DNA of 64,000 nt from NCBI GenBank assembly GCA_963721275.1, contig CAVRIQ010000028.1, forward strand, positions 14,239-78,238, given 5' to 3'. Below, piece after piece: positions 9,698-18,342 of this stretch. Position 1 is the stretch's first letter. Each line of letters begins with the position of its first letter. Below the pieces are notes generated by a model. The model was not told the DNA's origin. It saw only the letters and a list, made by a program, of their open reading frames with translations, and did not search any database. The stretch comes from an uncultured Alphaproteobacteria bacterium (lineage in GTDB: Bacteria > Pseudomonadota > Alphaproteobacteria > Rhizobiales > Xanthobacteraceae). The translations under genes were made by a program, and so were the position numbers.

Positions 9698-10939
9698 ATA
9701 AAGTTCGCCGTCGCAGTACACGGGACACGAGGAGACATCGAACCTGCGGCTGCGGTTGCACGTGAGTTGCAGCGCCGCGGTCACGAAGTGAATATGGCCG
9801 TGCCTCCCAATCTCGTCGAATTCGCCGAGTCGGCTGGTTTATTTTCGGTGGATTCTTACGGCCCGGACTCCCAACAGCAACTGGAGGCGGAGGTTTTCCA
9901 CGACTGGTTTAAGTTGCGCAATCCCATCAAGGTCCTGCGGCAGGCTCGAGAGTACCTCAGCAACGGCTGGGCCGAAATGAGCGAGACTCTCACCAAGCTG
10001 GCAGTCGGCGCTGATTTGATACTGAGCGGTACTACTTATCAAGAGGTAGCCGCCAATGTTGCCGAGGCCCAAGGGGTCCCGCTTGCCGCCCTGCATTACT
10101 TCCCCGTCAGGGCGAACAACCACATCCTGCCGGTTCGATTGCCCCAAAGTTTGATCGAACCCTTGTGGTCAGTCGCCGAGTGGTCGCACTGGCGCCTGTT
10201 GAAGCCGGCCTACGATGAACAGCGCCAGGCCTTGGGACTTCCGGAGTCCAAAATTCGTGCCGTGCGCCAACTCGTCGAATATGGCGCGCTGGAGATTCAA
10301 GCCTACGACAAGGTGTTCTTTCCCGGGCTTGAGGAGCAATGGGGCTGGAAGAGACCTTTGATCGGCGCGATGACCCTGGAATCCGCCACCCATTCCGACG
10401 GCTCCGTGAATTCCTGGATCGGAGCTGGCCGCCCCCCAATTTACTTCGGGTTCGGCAGTATGCCGGTCGACAAACCGGCCGAGACCGTTGCGCTGATTAT
10501 AACTACGTGCCAGGAACTCGGCGAGCGTGCACTGATCTGTTCAGGAGTCTTGCCCCTTGAAGGCATAGCCCCCACAAAGGAAGTCATGATCGTGCCTTCG
10601 GTCAACCACGCCGAGTTCTTACCGCGCTGCCGGGCCATCGTTCACCATGGCGGCGCCGGCACCACTGCCGCCAGCGTGCGCTCCGGCGTCCCCACTCTTG
10701 TACTCTGGGTGGGCGCCGACCAGCCGGTGTGGGCTACACAGATCAAACGCCTGGGGGTCGGCACCTCGCGTCGTTTCTCCGCCATGACGCGGGAGACCCT
10801 TCACGATGACCTGCGGACCGTTCTGGGGTCAGGATGCGCCGCTCGGGCGCGCGAGGTGGGCAATCAGATGACACCGCCGAGCCAGAGCCTGACAAACACT
10901 GTAGCCCTCCTCGAAGGGCTGGCTGCCAAGCACGCGTGA
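9698..10939 (+). CDS. GT1-family glycosyltransferase (mycobacterial Rv1524/GPL Gtf-like); apparent ATA start
   Basis: IKFAVAVHGTRGDIEP N-terminus, PPIYFGFGSMP, HHGGAGTT, DQPVW; GGAG 7 nt upstream of ATA 9698; in-frame TGA at 9671. Confidence 0.88.
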   Translation: MKFAVAVHGTRGDIEPAAAVARELQRRGHEVNMAVPPNLVEFAESAGLFSVDSYGPDSQQQLEAEVFHDWFKLRNPIKVLRQAREYLSNGWAEMSETLTKLAVGADLILSGTTYQEVAANVAEAQGVPLAALHYFPVRANNHILPVRLPQSLIEPLWSVAEWSHWRLLKPAYDEQRQALGLPESKIRAVRQLVEYGALEIQAYDKVFFPGLEEQWGWKRPLIGAMTLESATHSDGSVNSWIGAGRPPIYFGFGSMPVDKPAETVALIITTCQELGERALICSGVLPLEGIAPTKEVMIVPSVNHAEFLPRCRAIVHHGGAGTTAASVRSGVPTLVLWVGADQPVWATQIKRLGVGTSRRFSAMTRETLHDDLRTVLGSGCAARAREVGNQMTPPSQSLTNTVALLEGLAAKHA

Positions 10940-10988
10940 TGTTGATCTGCAGGCCGCGATACGCGAACGAAGCCAGGAGTCGCCACCT

Positions 10989-11090
10989 GTGTGGGTGAAT
11001 GTGCTCTTGCTGGCTATAGCGGTCAATTTCGTCGCCGTGAAGAACTCCCAGGCTGTTGATTTGGAATCCAGAAGCGGTGTTTTGCCGTAA
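10989..11090 (+). pseudogene. Possible 5' remnant of a GAP-family (glycolipid addressing) membrane protein
   Basis: AGGAG RBS at 10975, then GTG: MWVNVLLLAIAVNF resembles recalled mycobacterial Gap/Sap N-termini; resemblance stops after 14 codons. Confidence 0.4.
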
Positions 11091-11174
11091 CCGGATTTGC
11101 CAGAAAACGGACCTGTAGAGCGGGATTAAACGAAGCCGCTGGCGCGGCAATTGAGGAAGGATCGCAATAGGGGC

Positions 11175-11366
11175 CTCCTGTCTGATATATGAGAGGATCG
11201 CGGGTTTTCGAAGCCCAACCCTTCAGACGGGAGTTTTCCGATGGCTGGGATCAGCCCTCTTCGCCGCCGCATGATCGAGGACATGACGGTCCGCAACCTG
11301 TCGCCGACGACGCAACGATTCTACCTTGCCGCAGTGTCGAAGGTGAGCCGGCATTTCGGCCGATCG
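11175..11366 (+). mobile_element. Remnant of a tyrosine-integrase element (phage integrase N-terminal SAM-like domain fragment) with upstream inverted repeat
   Basis: 11241: MAGISPLRRRMIEDMTVRNLSPTTQRFYLAAVSKVSRHFGRS; inverted repeat CTCCTGTCTGA (11175) / TCAGACGGGAG (11223). Confidence 0.75.
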
Positions 11367-11718
11367 GAGCTCCTGCATCGGAGCGGCGAGCTGGCCGATC
11401 TCGAGGGCGCTCGAACAATCCTGGTTCGAGGACGATGCGCAGATCGCAGAGATCGTGGCGGGTCGATACGGCCGCGGTCGCGCGAAGCTCGCCGCTTATC
11501 TGTTGCAAAGCGTCATCGCCCGCCGTCGCGACAAGCGGGCCGAACTATTCCTGCGCACGGTCTTGTGGATGCGCGAAGCCCCTCCCGAAGTCGATCTTTG
11601 CTGGCGTGAGCTGACCCTGGTCGCCCAGGCGGTCGCGGGTGGGCGGGATCTGGGTGAGATCGGATTGATGCGGACCATCGCGGAAAGCACGATCGCAGTG
11701 CTGGCAAGCGCCGGGTAG
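11367..11718 (+). pseudogene. C-terminal fragment of an unknown protein, joined to the integrase remnant
   Basis: Protein-like reading QSWFEDDAQIAEIVAGRYGR...RTIAESTIAVLASAG with no own start or RBS. Confidence 0.45.
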
Positions 11719-12247
11719 TACGAGGGCGCAGCGTCCAGCGCTCGTACCGAGCGGCTGGCAAATGCAGGCCGTGGCCTTCACTAAATCACATTGAAAATTC
11801 AATTACATAGCAGTTCGTAATTTTATCCTGATTGGCGCGCCATAAAATCAGACAGTTGGACGACATCCAAAAGTGGGGTGTCCATCAGTGTCTCGTCTGA
11901 GCCTGTTTTTGGCATGAAGCATCGAGGCGCACACCGATGGCTCGGATAAATGCCGATGGCTCGGATGGATTAGTGGTGCAGCGTTGAGCGGAATATCAGC
12001 ATTTATTACGGGCAATTCTTCGAACGAACCGCGGATGCCCCAGGGAGCCCAGGTCAATCGCATGAGGCTAAAGGCTGACGCCGGGTGAGTGCACAACCGA
12101 AGCGATCCAAAAATTTGGCGCCATGGTCAAATCGCCTGCCGCGAATCCGATCCGGTTGCCGTATATTTCGATTGCTAACCGTCGGGCCGCGGCCGGTGGG
12201 CCCGATGCTATTTGATCCATTGAACGACGGCCGACATGCAGGAGCAT

Positions 12248-13921
12248 ATGTCCACCCAGATCGACCCCATCACGCGATCCGTGGTTCAGCATCGGCTGAG
12301 TTCGATCGTGAAGGAAATGGGCGAAGCCATGCTTCGCACCTCCTATTCGCAAATCCTCAACTCCAGTCGCGATTTTTCGCTGGCGATTTGCGATACCCAG
12401 GGCCGCCTGATCGCGCAGGCCGATCACATCCCGGTGCATGTCGGCGCGCTGCCATGGGCGACGTTGGCCGTCGAGCAGCGCTTCAACGATGTCCGGCCAG
12501 GCGACGTCATTCTCCTGAATGATCCCTATCACGGCGGCAGTCATCTTCCCGATCTGACGGCGTTCGTGCCGGTTTTCGATGGCGAGCGGCGATTGCTGTG
12601 GACCATTGTTCGGGCTCATCAGAGCGACATCGGTGGCGCCACCCATGGCGGGTACAATCCTTCCGCAACCGAAATCTGGCAGGAGGGACTGCGCGTTCCG
12701 CCGATCAAGCTGTACGAAGCCGGACGTCTGCGCGACGATCTGCTCGACATGCTGGCACTGAATATTCGTAACCCCCGCGAGTTTCGCGGCGACCTGGCGG
12801 CGATGGTCGGAGCGGCGCATCTCGGAGAACGCCGGCTCTCGCGGCTGTTTGCAGAATTCGGCGCGCCGGTCGTCGAGGCTGCGGTGGAGACGATCCTCGA
12901 CGTGGCGGAGGCGCAAACGCGCGCGGTGGTCTCGACATGGAAAGATGGCGTGTTCTACGGCGAAGCGTTCCTCGATGACGATGGCCACGGCCGCAACGAC
13001 ATCAGGATCGCCGCGAAGGTGACGAAGACGGGCAGCGATATCGAGATCGACCTGTCGGACTCCGATCCCCAATCGACGAGCTTCGTCAATTCCTCGCATG
13101 CCAACATGCAGGCGGCGGTGGTGATGGCCTTTGCCTATCTGATCGACGCCGATATTCCGAAGAATGCCGGCGCTTTGCGACCGCTCAAGGTGGTCGCGAA
13201 GCAGGGCACCATCGTCTGGGCCGATCCGGGCCGTCCGGTCACGCTTTGCACCAGCCATCCCTCGAACGAAATCGTCGAGGCAATCATCAAGGCGATGGCG
13301 GCCTCCTGCCCGGATCGGGTCATGGCGGGATGGAGCCGCCGTTTCCGGATCGCGATCCAGGGCGAAGATCCGCGCACGGGGCGAAATTTCATCTGGCATA
13401 TGTTTCAGGCGCGCCCCGGCGGCGGTGCCTCATCCGGCGGCGACGGATGGTCGTCGATCGGCGAATGGCACACCGTCGGCGGCATCAAGTTCGGAAGCAT
13501 CGAGGTCGCCGAAGCGCGCTTTCCTCTGTATTTCAGGCACCACGAATTCCGCCCGGGCTCCGGCGGCGACGGGCAGTTTCGCGGCGGTCTCGGCGTTGCG
13601 CTCGATCTCGTACTGGAAATCGCAAAGCCTGCCCGTGCCAATACGGCCGGCGACGGCGTGCGCCATGGCCCCTGCGGGATGCTTGGTGGCCAGGACGGTG
13701 TTCCCCATGATTACCGTCTCATCTCGGCAGGCAATGCGCCGCGCGTCTTGCGCACCAAGGAAGCCGGCATCGAGCTTCTTCCCGGCGACTGTCTTGAAAT
13801 ACGGTCGTCCGGCGGCGGCGGCTGGGGGCCGCCCGGGCGGCGGTCGCCGCAGGCCCGTCAGCGCGACCGTGAACAAGGTCTTGTCCAGACTGGCGCGGCG
13901 GCGGGGCGGGATCCTCAATGA
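12248..13921 (+). CDS. Hydantoinase B / oxoprolinase family protein
   Basis: IDPIT...LRTSYS...SRDFS, NDPYHGGSHLPD, HQSDIGG, GGGGWG; GGAG RBS. Confidence 0.95.
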   Translation: MSTQIDPITRSVVQHRLSSIVKEMGEAMLRTSYSQILNSSRDFSLAICDTQGRLIAQADHIPVHVGALPWATLAVEQRFNDVRPGDVILLNDPYHGGSHLPDLTAFVPVFDGERRLLWTIVRAHQSDIGGATHGGYNPSATEIWQEGLRVPPIKLYEAGRLRDDLLDMLALNIRNPREFRGDLAAMVGAAHLGERRLSRLFAEFGAPVVEAAVETILDVAEAQTRAVVSTWKDGVFYGEAFLDDDGHGRNDIRIAAKVTKTGSDIEIDLSDSDPQSTSFVNSSHANMQAAVVMAFAYLIDADIPKNAGALRPLKVVAKQGTIVWADPGRPVTLCTSHPSNEIVEAIIKAMAASCPDRVMAGWSRRFRIAIQGEDPRTGRNFIWHMFQARPGGGASSGGDGWSSIGEWHTVGGIKFGSIEVAEARFPLYFRHHEFRPGSGGDGQFRGGLGVALDLVLEIAKPARANTAGDGVRHGPCGMLGGQDGVPHDYRLISAGNAPRVLRTKEAGIELLPGDCLEIRSSGGGGWGPPGRRSPQARQRDREQGLVQTGAAAGRDPQ

Positions 13922-16005
13922 CGTTCACGATCGGAATTGACGTCGGCGGAACCTACACGGATTTGGTGGCCGTCGACGAGACCGGCGCAACCGCTTTCGC
14001 GAAATCGCCATCGACACCGCTCGATCAATCCGTCGGCGTCATGGCCGGGCTGGATGAGCTTGCGCGACGATTGAAGCTGACGCGCGCACAAATGCTCGCC
14101 GCCACCGAGCGAATTGTCCACGGAACAACCGTTGCAACCAACGCCCTGCTGGAACGAAAAGGTGCAAAGGTCGCGCTTCTCACGACCGAGGGCCATCGCG
14201 ATGTCATCGAGATGCGCGAAGGTCTCAAGGGAGACCGCTACGATTTACGTACCCCGCCGCCTGAACCGCTGGTGCCGCGCGAGCTCCGTTTCGGAGTCCG
14301 CGAACGATTGAAAGCCGACGGCAACATTGCGATTGCACTTGACGATCAATCGCTCGGTGACGCCATCGCTGCGATCAAGCGGGCCGGTGCGACATCGGTC
14401 GCACTTTGCTTTCTGCACTCCTACCTCAACCCGGTCCACGAAATCGCCGCGGTCGAGCGCCTGGCGCGCGAACTGCCCGGCGTCAGCGTTTCCCGGTCCA
14501 GCGACGTGCTGCCGCAGATCAAGGAATATGAGCGCGTCTCGACGACGATCGTGAACGCCTATGTCGGGCCGCTGGTACGGCACTATCTGACCAATCTGGA
14601 GCAGCGCCTCGCCACGGCGGGTTTCAGGAGCAGCCTGTTCATCGTCCTGTCGCATGGCGGCATGGCCCCGGTAGAAGAGGCCTCGCGTCTCGCCGCCGGC
14701 ACGGTGCTGTCGGGCCCGGCAGGCGGCGTTTCAGGCGCCCGGCGCTGCGCCGAGCTACTTGGCATATCCGATCTCGTGCCGTTCGATATGGGCGGAACCA
14801 GCACCGACATCTCGTTGATTTCAGAGCGGCGCGCATCGCTGTCCGCCGACGGCACGCTCGCCGGACAGCGAATTGCATTGCGCAGCCTCGACATTGCCAG
14901 CATCGCGGCGGGAGGCGGATCCATCGCAAGCGTCGATGCGGGCGCGACGCTTCGCGTCGGACCCGAAAGCGCGGGGTCGGTACCGGGGCCGGCCTGTTAC
15001 GGCAATGGCGGCCTTGCGGCGACCGTCACCGACGCGAACGTCGTTCTCGGCTATCTCGATGCGGCCGCCTTCATGGGTGGAAACCGTCCGCTCGACCCGG
15101 CGGCAGCGGAGGCCGCGGTGGATCGAATCGCCGCGCCGCTCGGTCTCTCGCGGCTGGAAGCCGCGGCCGGCATTCACCGCATGATCAATCTGAAGATGGC
15201 GGATGGCATCCGCCTGATGACATTGCGCCGTGGCGTCGATCCCCGGCGGTTTGCGCTCCTGAGCTTTGGCGGCGCGGCGGGTTTGCATGCCGTCGAGGTC
15301 GCACGTGAACTCGATATCAGACGTGTCATCGTCCCAACCGCGGCTTCCGTGCTGTCAGCATGGGGCATGCTGACCAGCGATTTGCGCTACGAAGCGAGCC
15401 GAACACATTACGGAGCAGGCTCGCGCATTTCAGCGGAAGAGGCGCGCGAATTATTCGCGCAACTGGACCAACAGGCCGCTGGCCGCCTTCGGACATGGTT
15501 CAGCGGGGACATCGTCATCGAACGCTCCGCCGAAATGCGCTATGGTGAGCAGATTTTCGAGATCGACGTTCCGCTGGATAAGATCGACTGGAGTGCAGCC
15601 TCGCTGGTTGACCAGATCGAAGATCGCTTTCACAAGCGCCACGAAGAGCTTTACACCTATGCCTCACGCGGCCAGGAAGTCGTGTTTGTCAACGCGCGCG
15701 TTGCAGCGATCGGCCAAGTGGCCGCCGGGGCAGAGGGTGTGAGACCCGCATCGGCGGCGGCTGGTGCCCCGCGCACGCGTCTGGCGTTTTTCGGCGAATG
15801 GCGCAAAGTTCCGGTTTACTCGCTGGAGTCTCTTGCGCCGGGTCAATCCTTCGAAGGTATTGCCATCATCGAGGCTGAAACGACCACGATCATCGTCAAT
15901 GAGGGAGACCGGGTGACGGTCAATGCGCTGGGCTGGCTCGACATTAAACTGGCCAACAACCGTGAGGCGGATAGGTCTCTTCAGCCGGTCCAATTCGCCA
16001 CTTGA
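13918..16005 (+). CDS. Hydantoinase A / oxoprolinase family protein (ATP-binding subunit)
   Basis: IGIDVGGTYTD, HGTTVATNALLE, SGPAGG, DMGGTSTD, FGGAAGLH; ATGA overlap with the upstream gene. Confidence 0.95.
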   Translation: MTFTIGIDVGGTYTDLVAVDETGATAFAKSPSTPLDQSVGVMAGLDELARRLKLTRAQMLAATERIVHGTTVATNALLERKGAKVALLTTEGHRDVIEMREGLKGDRYDLRTPPPEPLVPRELRFGVRERLKADGNIAIALDDQSLGDAIAAIKRAGATSVALCFLHSYLNPVHEIAAVERLARELPGVSVSRSSDVLPQIKEYERVSTTIVNAYVGPLVRHYLTNLEQRLATAGFRSSLFIVLSHGGMAPVEEASRLAAGTVLSGPAGGVSGARRCAELLGISDLVPFDMGGTSTDISLISERRASLSADGTLAGQRIALRSLDIASIAAGGGSIASVDAGATLRVGPESAGSVPGPACYGNGGLAATVTDANVVLGYLDAAAFMGGNRPLDPAAAEAAVDRIAAPLGLSRLEAAAGIHRMINLKMADGIRLMTLRRGVDPRRFALLSFGGAAGLHAVEVARELDIRRVIVPTAASVLSAWGMLTSDLRYEASRTHYGAGSRISAEEARELFAQLDQQAAGRLRTWFSGDIVIERSAEMRYGEQIFEIDVPLDKIDWSAASLVDQIEDRFHKRHEELYTYASRGQEVVFVNARVAAIGQVAAGAEGVRPASAAAGAPRTRLAFFGEWRKVPVYSLESLAPGQSFEGIAIIEAETTTIIVNEGDRVTVNALGWLDIKLANNREADRSLQPVQFAT

Positions 16006-16116
16006 AGATGCCATATGAATCCCGTCCCGGGCAATCGCGGGGAACAATGAGTCGGTTGCCTCGACAATTCGAATACGACCAGGCCAGTTCCGAACCAATC
16101 CGAGGTGGCCCGCGTA

Positions 16117-17943
16117 TCAATCATCGTAACTGTCGATAACGGTGTCCGCTATCGCGCGTTTGGTGATGACGCCGACGATGTCATGAACTCTTGGCCGGTG
16201 AACGCCCCGAAAGACGATAGCGGCGCCGGAGCGGTGGCGTTTCAATCTGGCGAACACGAGACTTAGGAGATCGACGTCCCTGCAAATAGCCGCGCGGCTT
16301 TCGACGAAGCGTTCGACAAGCAGGTTCGGATTGCTTTGAGACTCGAGCCACAGACCCGAGCGAGGCGGAATCAGGCCGACGATCCGGCCCTCCCGCTCGA
16401 CGATGATCGCACGCAGGTCGTCGGTGTCTTCTGCTCCTATTGCTTCTTTCAGCGTCGTCCCGGCCTTGGCCACGATGAAACGCCGTTCCATGATGTCCTG
16501 AGCCTGCTTGACCAGATAAAGATTGATGTGCCGCTCCTTCGGGATGCGGTGGCCGCGATGGCGCAGCTTGATCGTATAGACCGTCTCGCCAATCAGGGTG
16601 CGGCGAATGCCGGCCGCCAGCGCGACGCCGACGATCACGGGCACGATGATGGCGTAGTCGCGCGTCATCTCGAACACCATGACAATGGCGGTCATGACCC
16701 CGCCGGTGCCCGCGCCGACCATGGCGGCCATTCCGACGATCGCAGCCGAAGGAACACTCAGGCCCGCGTGCGGAAAAACCATGCCCACCAGCAGGGCGAA
16801 GGCTCCCCCCAGCGTGGCTCCGAGATACAGCGACGGGGAGAAGATTCCGCCGGAGGCACCGCATCCGAGACTGATCGTCGTGGCGAGCAACTTCAGCGCA
16901 AAAAGCAGCGCCAGCAGGCCCGCATCGGGCATCTTGTTGTCGAGGGTCGACTGGATGACGCCATAGCCGACGCCATCCACATAGGGATGACCGAAGGCGT
17001 GGGTCAGAGCGACCATCATCAGGCCGATGACGGCCATGCCGATGATATTTTGGGTATAGGCATTTCCGGGCAGCCTGGGGAAGCCGTCCTCCATGATCAC
17101 GAGCAGGCGAATAAAGGCCCAGGATGCGACGCCGCACAGGATTCCCAGCACGACAAAGGCGATCGCCTCCTGCAGGCCGAGCGACTGAGCCAGAGAAAGT
17201 TGAATGTCGGGGACGACGAAGGCCGGGTCGGGCCCAATCAATATTCTGCCGATGGTGGTTGCGGCGCCGGTTGCAATGACGACAGGAAGAAAGGTGCGGT
17301 TGGACACCTCGGGCAACAGAATTTCGAGCGCGAACAGCACGCCGCCGAGCGGCGTGTTGAAGGTCGCGGCGATCCCGGCGCCGGCTCCCGCGGAGAGCAA
17401 CGTGATCTTCTGCGAAGTCGAGAGTTTAATGGCCTGCGAGAAGGCTGAACCCAGCGCCGCGCCGATCTGGATGATCGGACCTTCGCGGCCGACCGCCGCC
17501 CCGCTGCCGATCGAAAGGGCCGAGGCCAGCGATTTTATGATCGCAACCTGGCCCCGGATATTGCCGCGCTTGTAAAACACCGCGTCCATCACCTCGGGAA
17601 CGCCATGGCCTTTTGCCTCGGGGGCGAAACGCTCCACCAGAAAGACGACAACGAGGCCGCCGAGAACGGGCGAGAGAAATACCCAGTCGCCGAACCGGCT
17701 CGGCCCTTCGCTGATGTTGGCGTCGTACCAGATGCTGAAAGTGCCGTTGTAGAACGCGTTGTGAAAAAGACCGATGAGCGCACGCAGCGCGACGGCACCG
17801 CAGCCCGTCATGACGCCCACAACCAGCGCAAGGCCGCAAAGAACCAGGAGGTTGACCCTCCTTTCGTCGTCTCGAGCCGGCGGATTGCTGCCGACGACGG
17901 GCTGAATGGGGAGTTTGGACGAGGAGAGGGAAGCTGATGACAT
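16117..17943 (-). CDS. CLC chloride channel / H+:Cl- antiporter with degenerate C-terminal CBS domains
   Basis: GHGVPE, GREGPIIQIG, GGIFSPSL, FEMT motifs. Confidence 0.95.
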   Translation of the reverse strand: MSSASLSSSKLPIQPVVGSNPPARDDERRVNLLVLCGLALVVGVMTGCGAVALRALIGLFHNAFYNGTFSIWYDANISEGPSRFGDWVFLSPVLGGLVVVFLVERFAPEAKGHGVPEVMDAVFYKRGNIRGQVAIIKSLASALSIGSGAAVGREGPIIQIGAALGSAFSQAIKLSTSQKITLLSAGAGAGIAATFNTPLGGVLFALEILLPEVSNRTFLPVVIATGAATTIGRILIGPDPAFVVPDIQLSLAQSLGLQEAIAFVVLGILCGVASWAFIRLLVIMEDGFPRLPGNAYTQNIIGMAVIGLMMVALTHAFGHPYVDGVGYGVIQSTLDNKMPDAGLLALLFALKLLATTISLGCGASGGIFSPSLYLGATLGGAFALLVGMVFPHAGLSVPSAAIVGMAAMVGAGTGGVMTAIVMVFEMTRDYAIIVPVIVGVALAAGIRRTLIGETVYTIKLRHRGHRIPKERHINLYLVKQAQDIMERRFIVAKAGTTLKEAIGAEDTDDLRAIIVEREGRIVGLIPPRSGLWLESQSNPNLLVERFVESRAAICRDVDLLSLVFARLKRHRSGAAIVFRGVHRPRVHDIVGVITKRAIADTVIDSYDD

Positions 17944-18342
17944 GCCGGCTCAGTTGAAAAGGGGAACGATCAACCCAATCGACACGAAGTGCCAGCAAAA
18001 TCAATGGTAAATTTCGCCGCTTTGGAAACTGCCAGAGGGCCTGCCAATCGGGCAGCCGCTGCCGCTTAAACCGGCTGACGACGCCTATTCAAGGCAAGCC
18101 TGCGAGGGCCAGGACGGAATCCCGGTGCGATGAGTGCCATGAGATTGGTGCAGATGCGAACCAAAATGGGGACGCAGTGAGGTCGTACGAATGTACTACG
18201 AGATCACAAAATCGTCAGACACCAGCGAAACTCCATTGATAAATCGTTTCGCGAGGCTCGCTCTCATTCCCCCCGTGGACGGCTACGCCGCATCGGTCTA
18301 CATCACCGCAGATGCCGGGGGCGGCCAGTGCAGGGAGTGGAG

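Noticed and set aside
12068-13399. 443-aa minus-strand ORF
   Set aside because: Antisense to hydantoinase B; a typical high-GC shadow frame
18236-18249. FixK/FNR box upstream of the Cox11 fusion
   Set aside because: Only the TTGAT half is present; the second half is CGTTT rather than ATCAA
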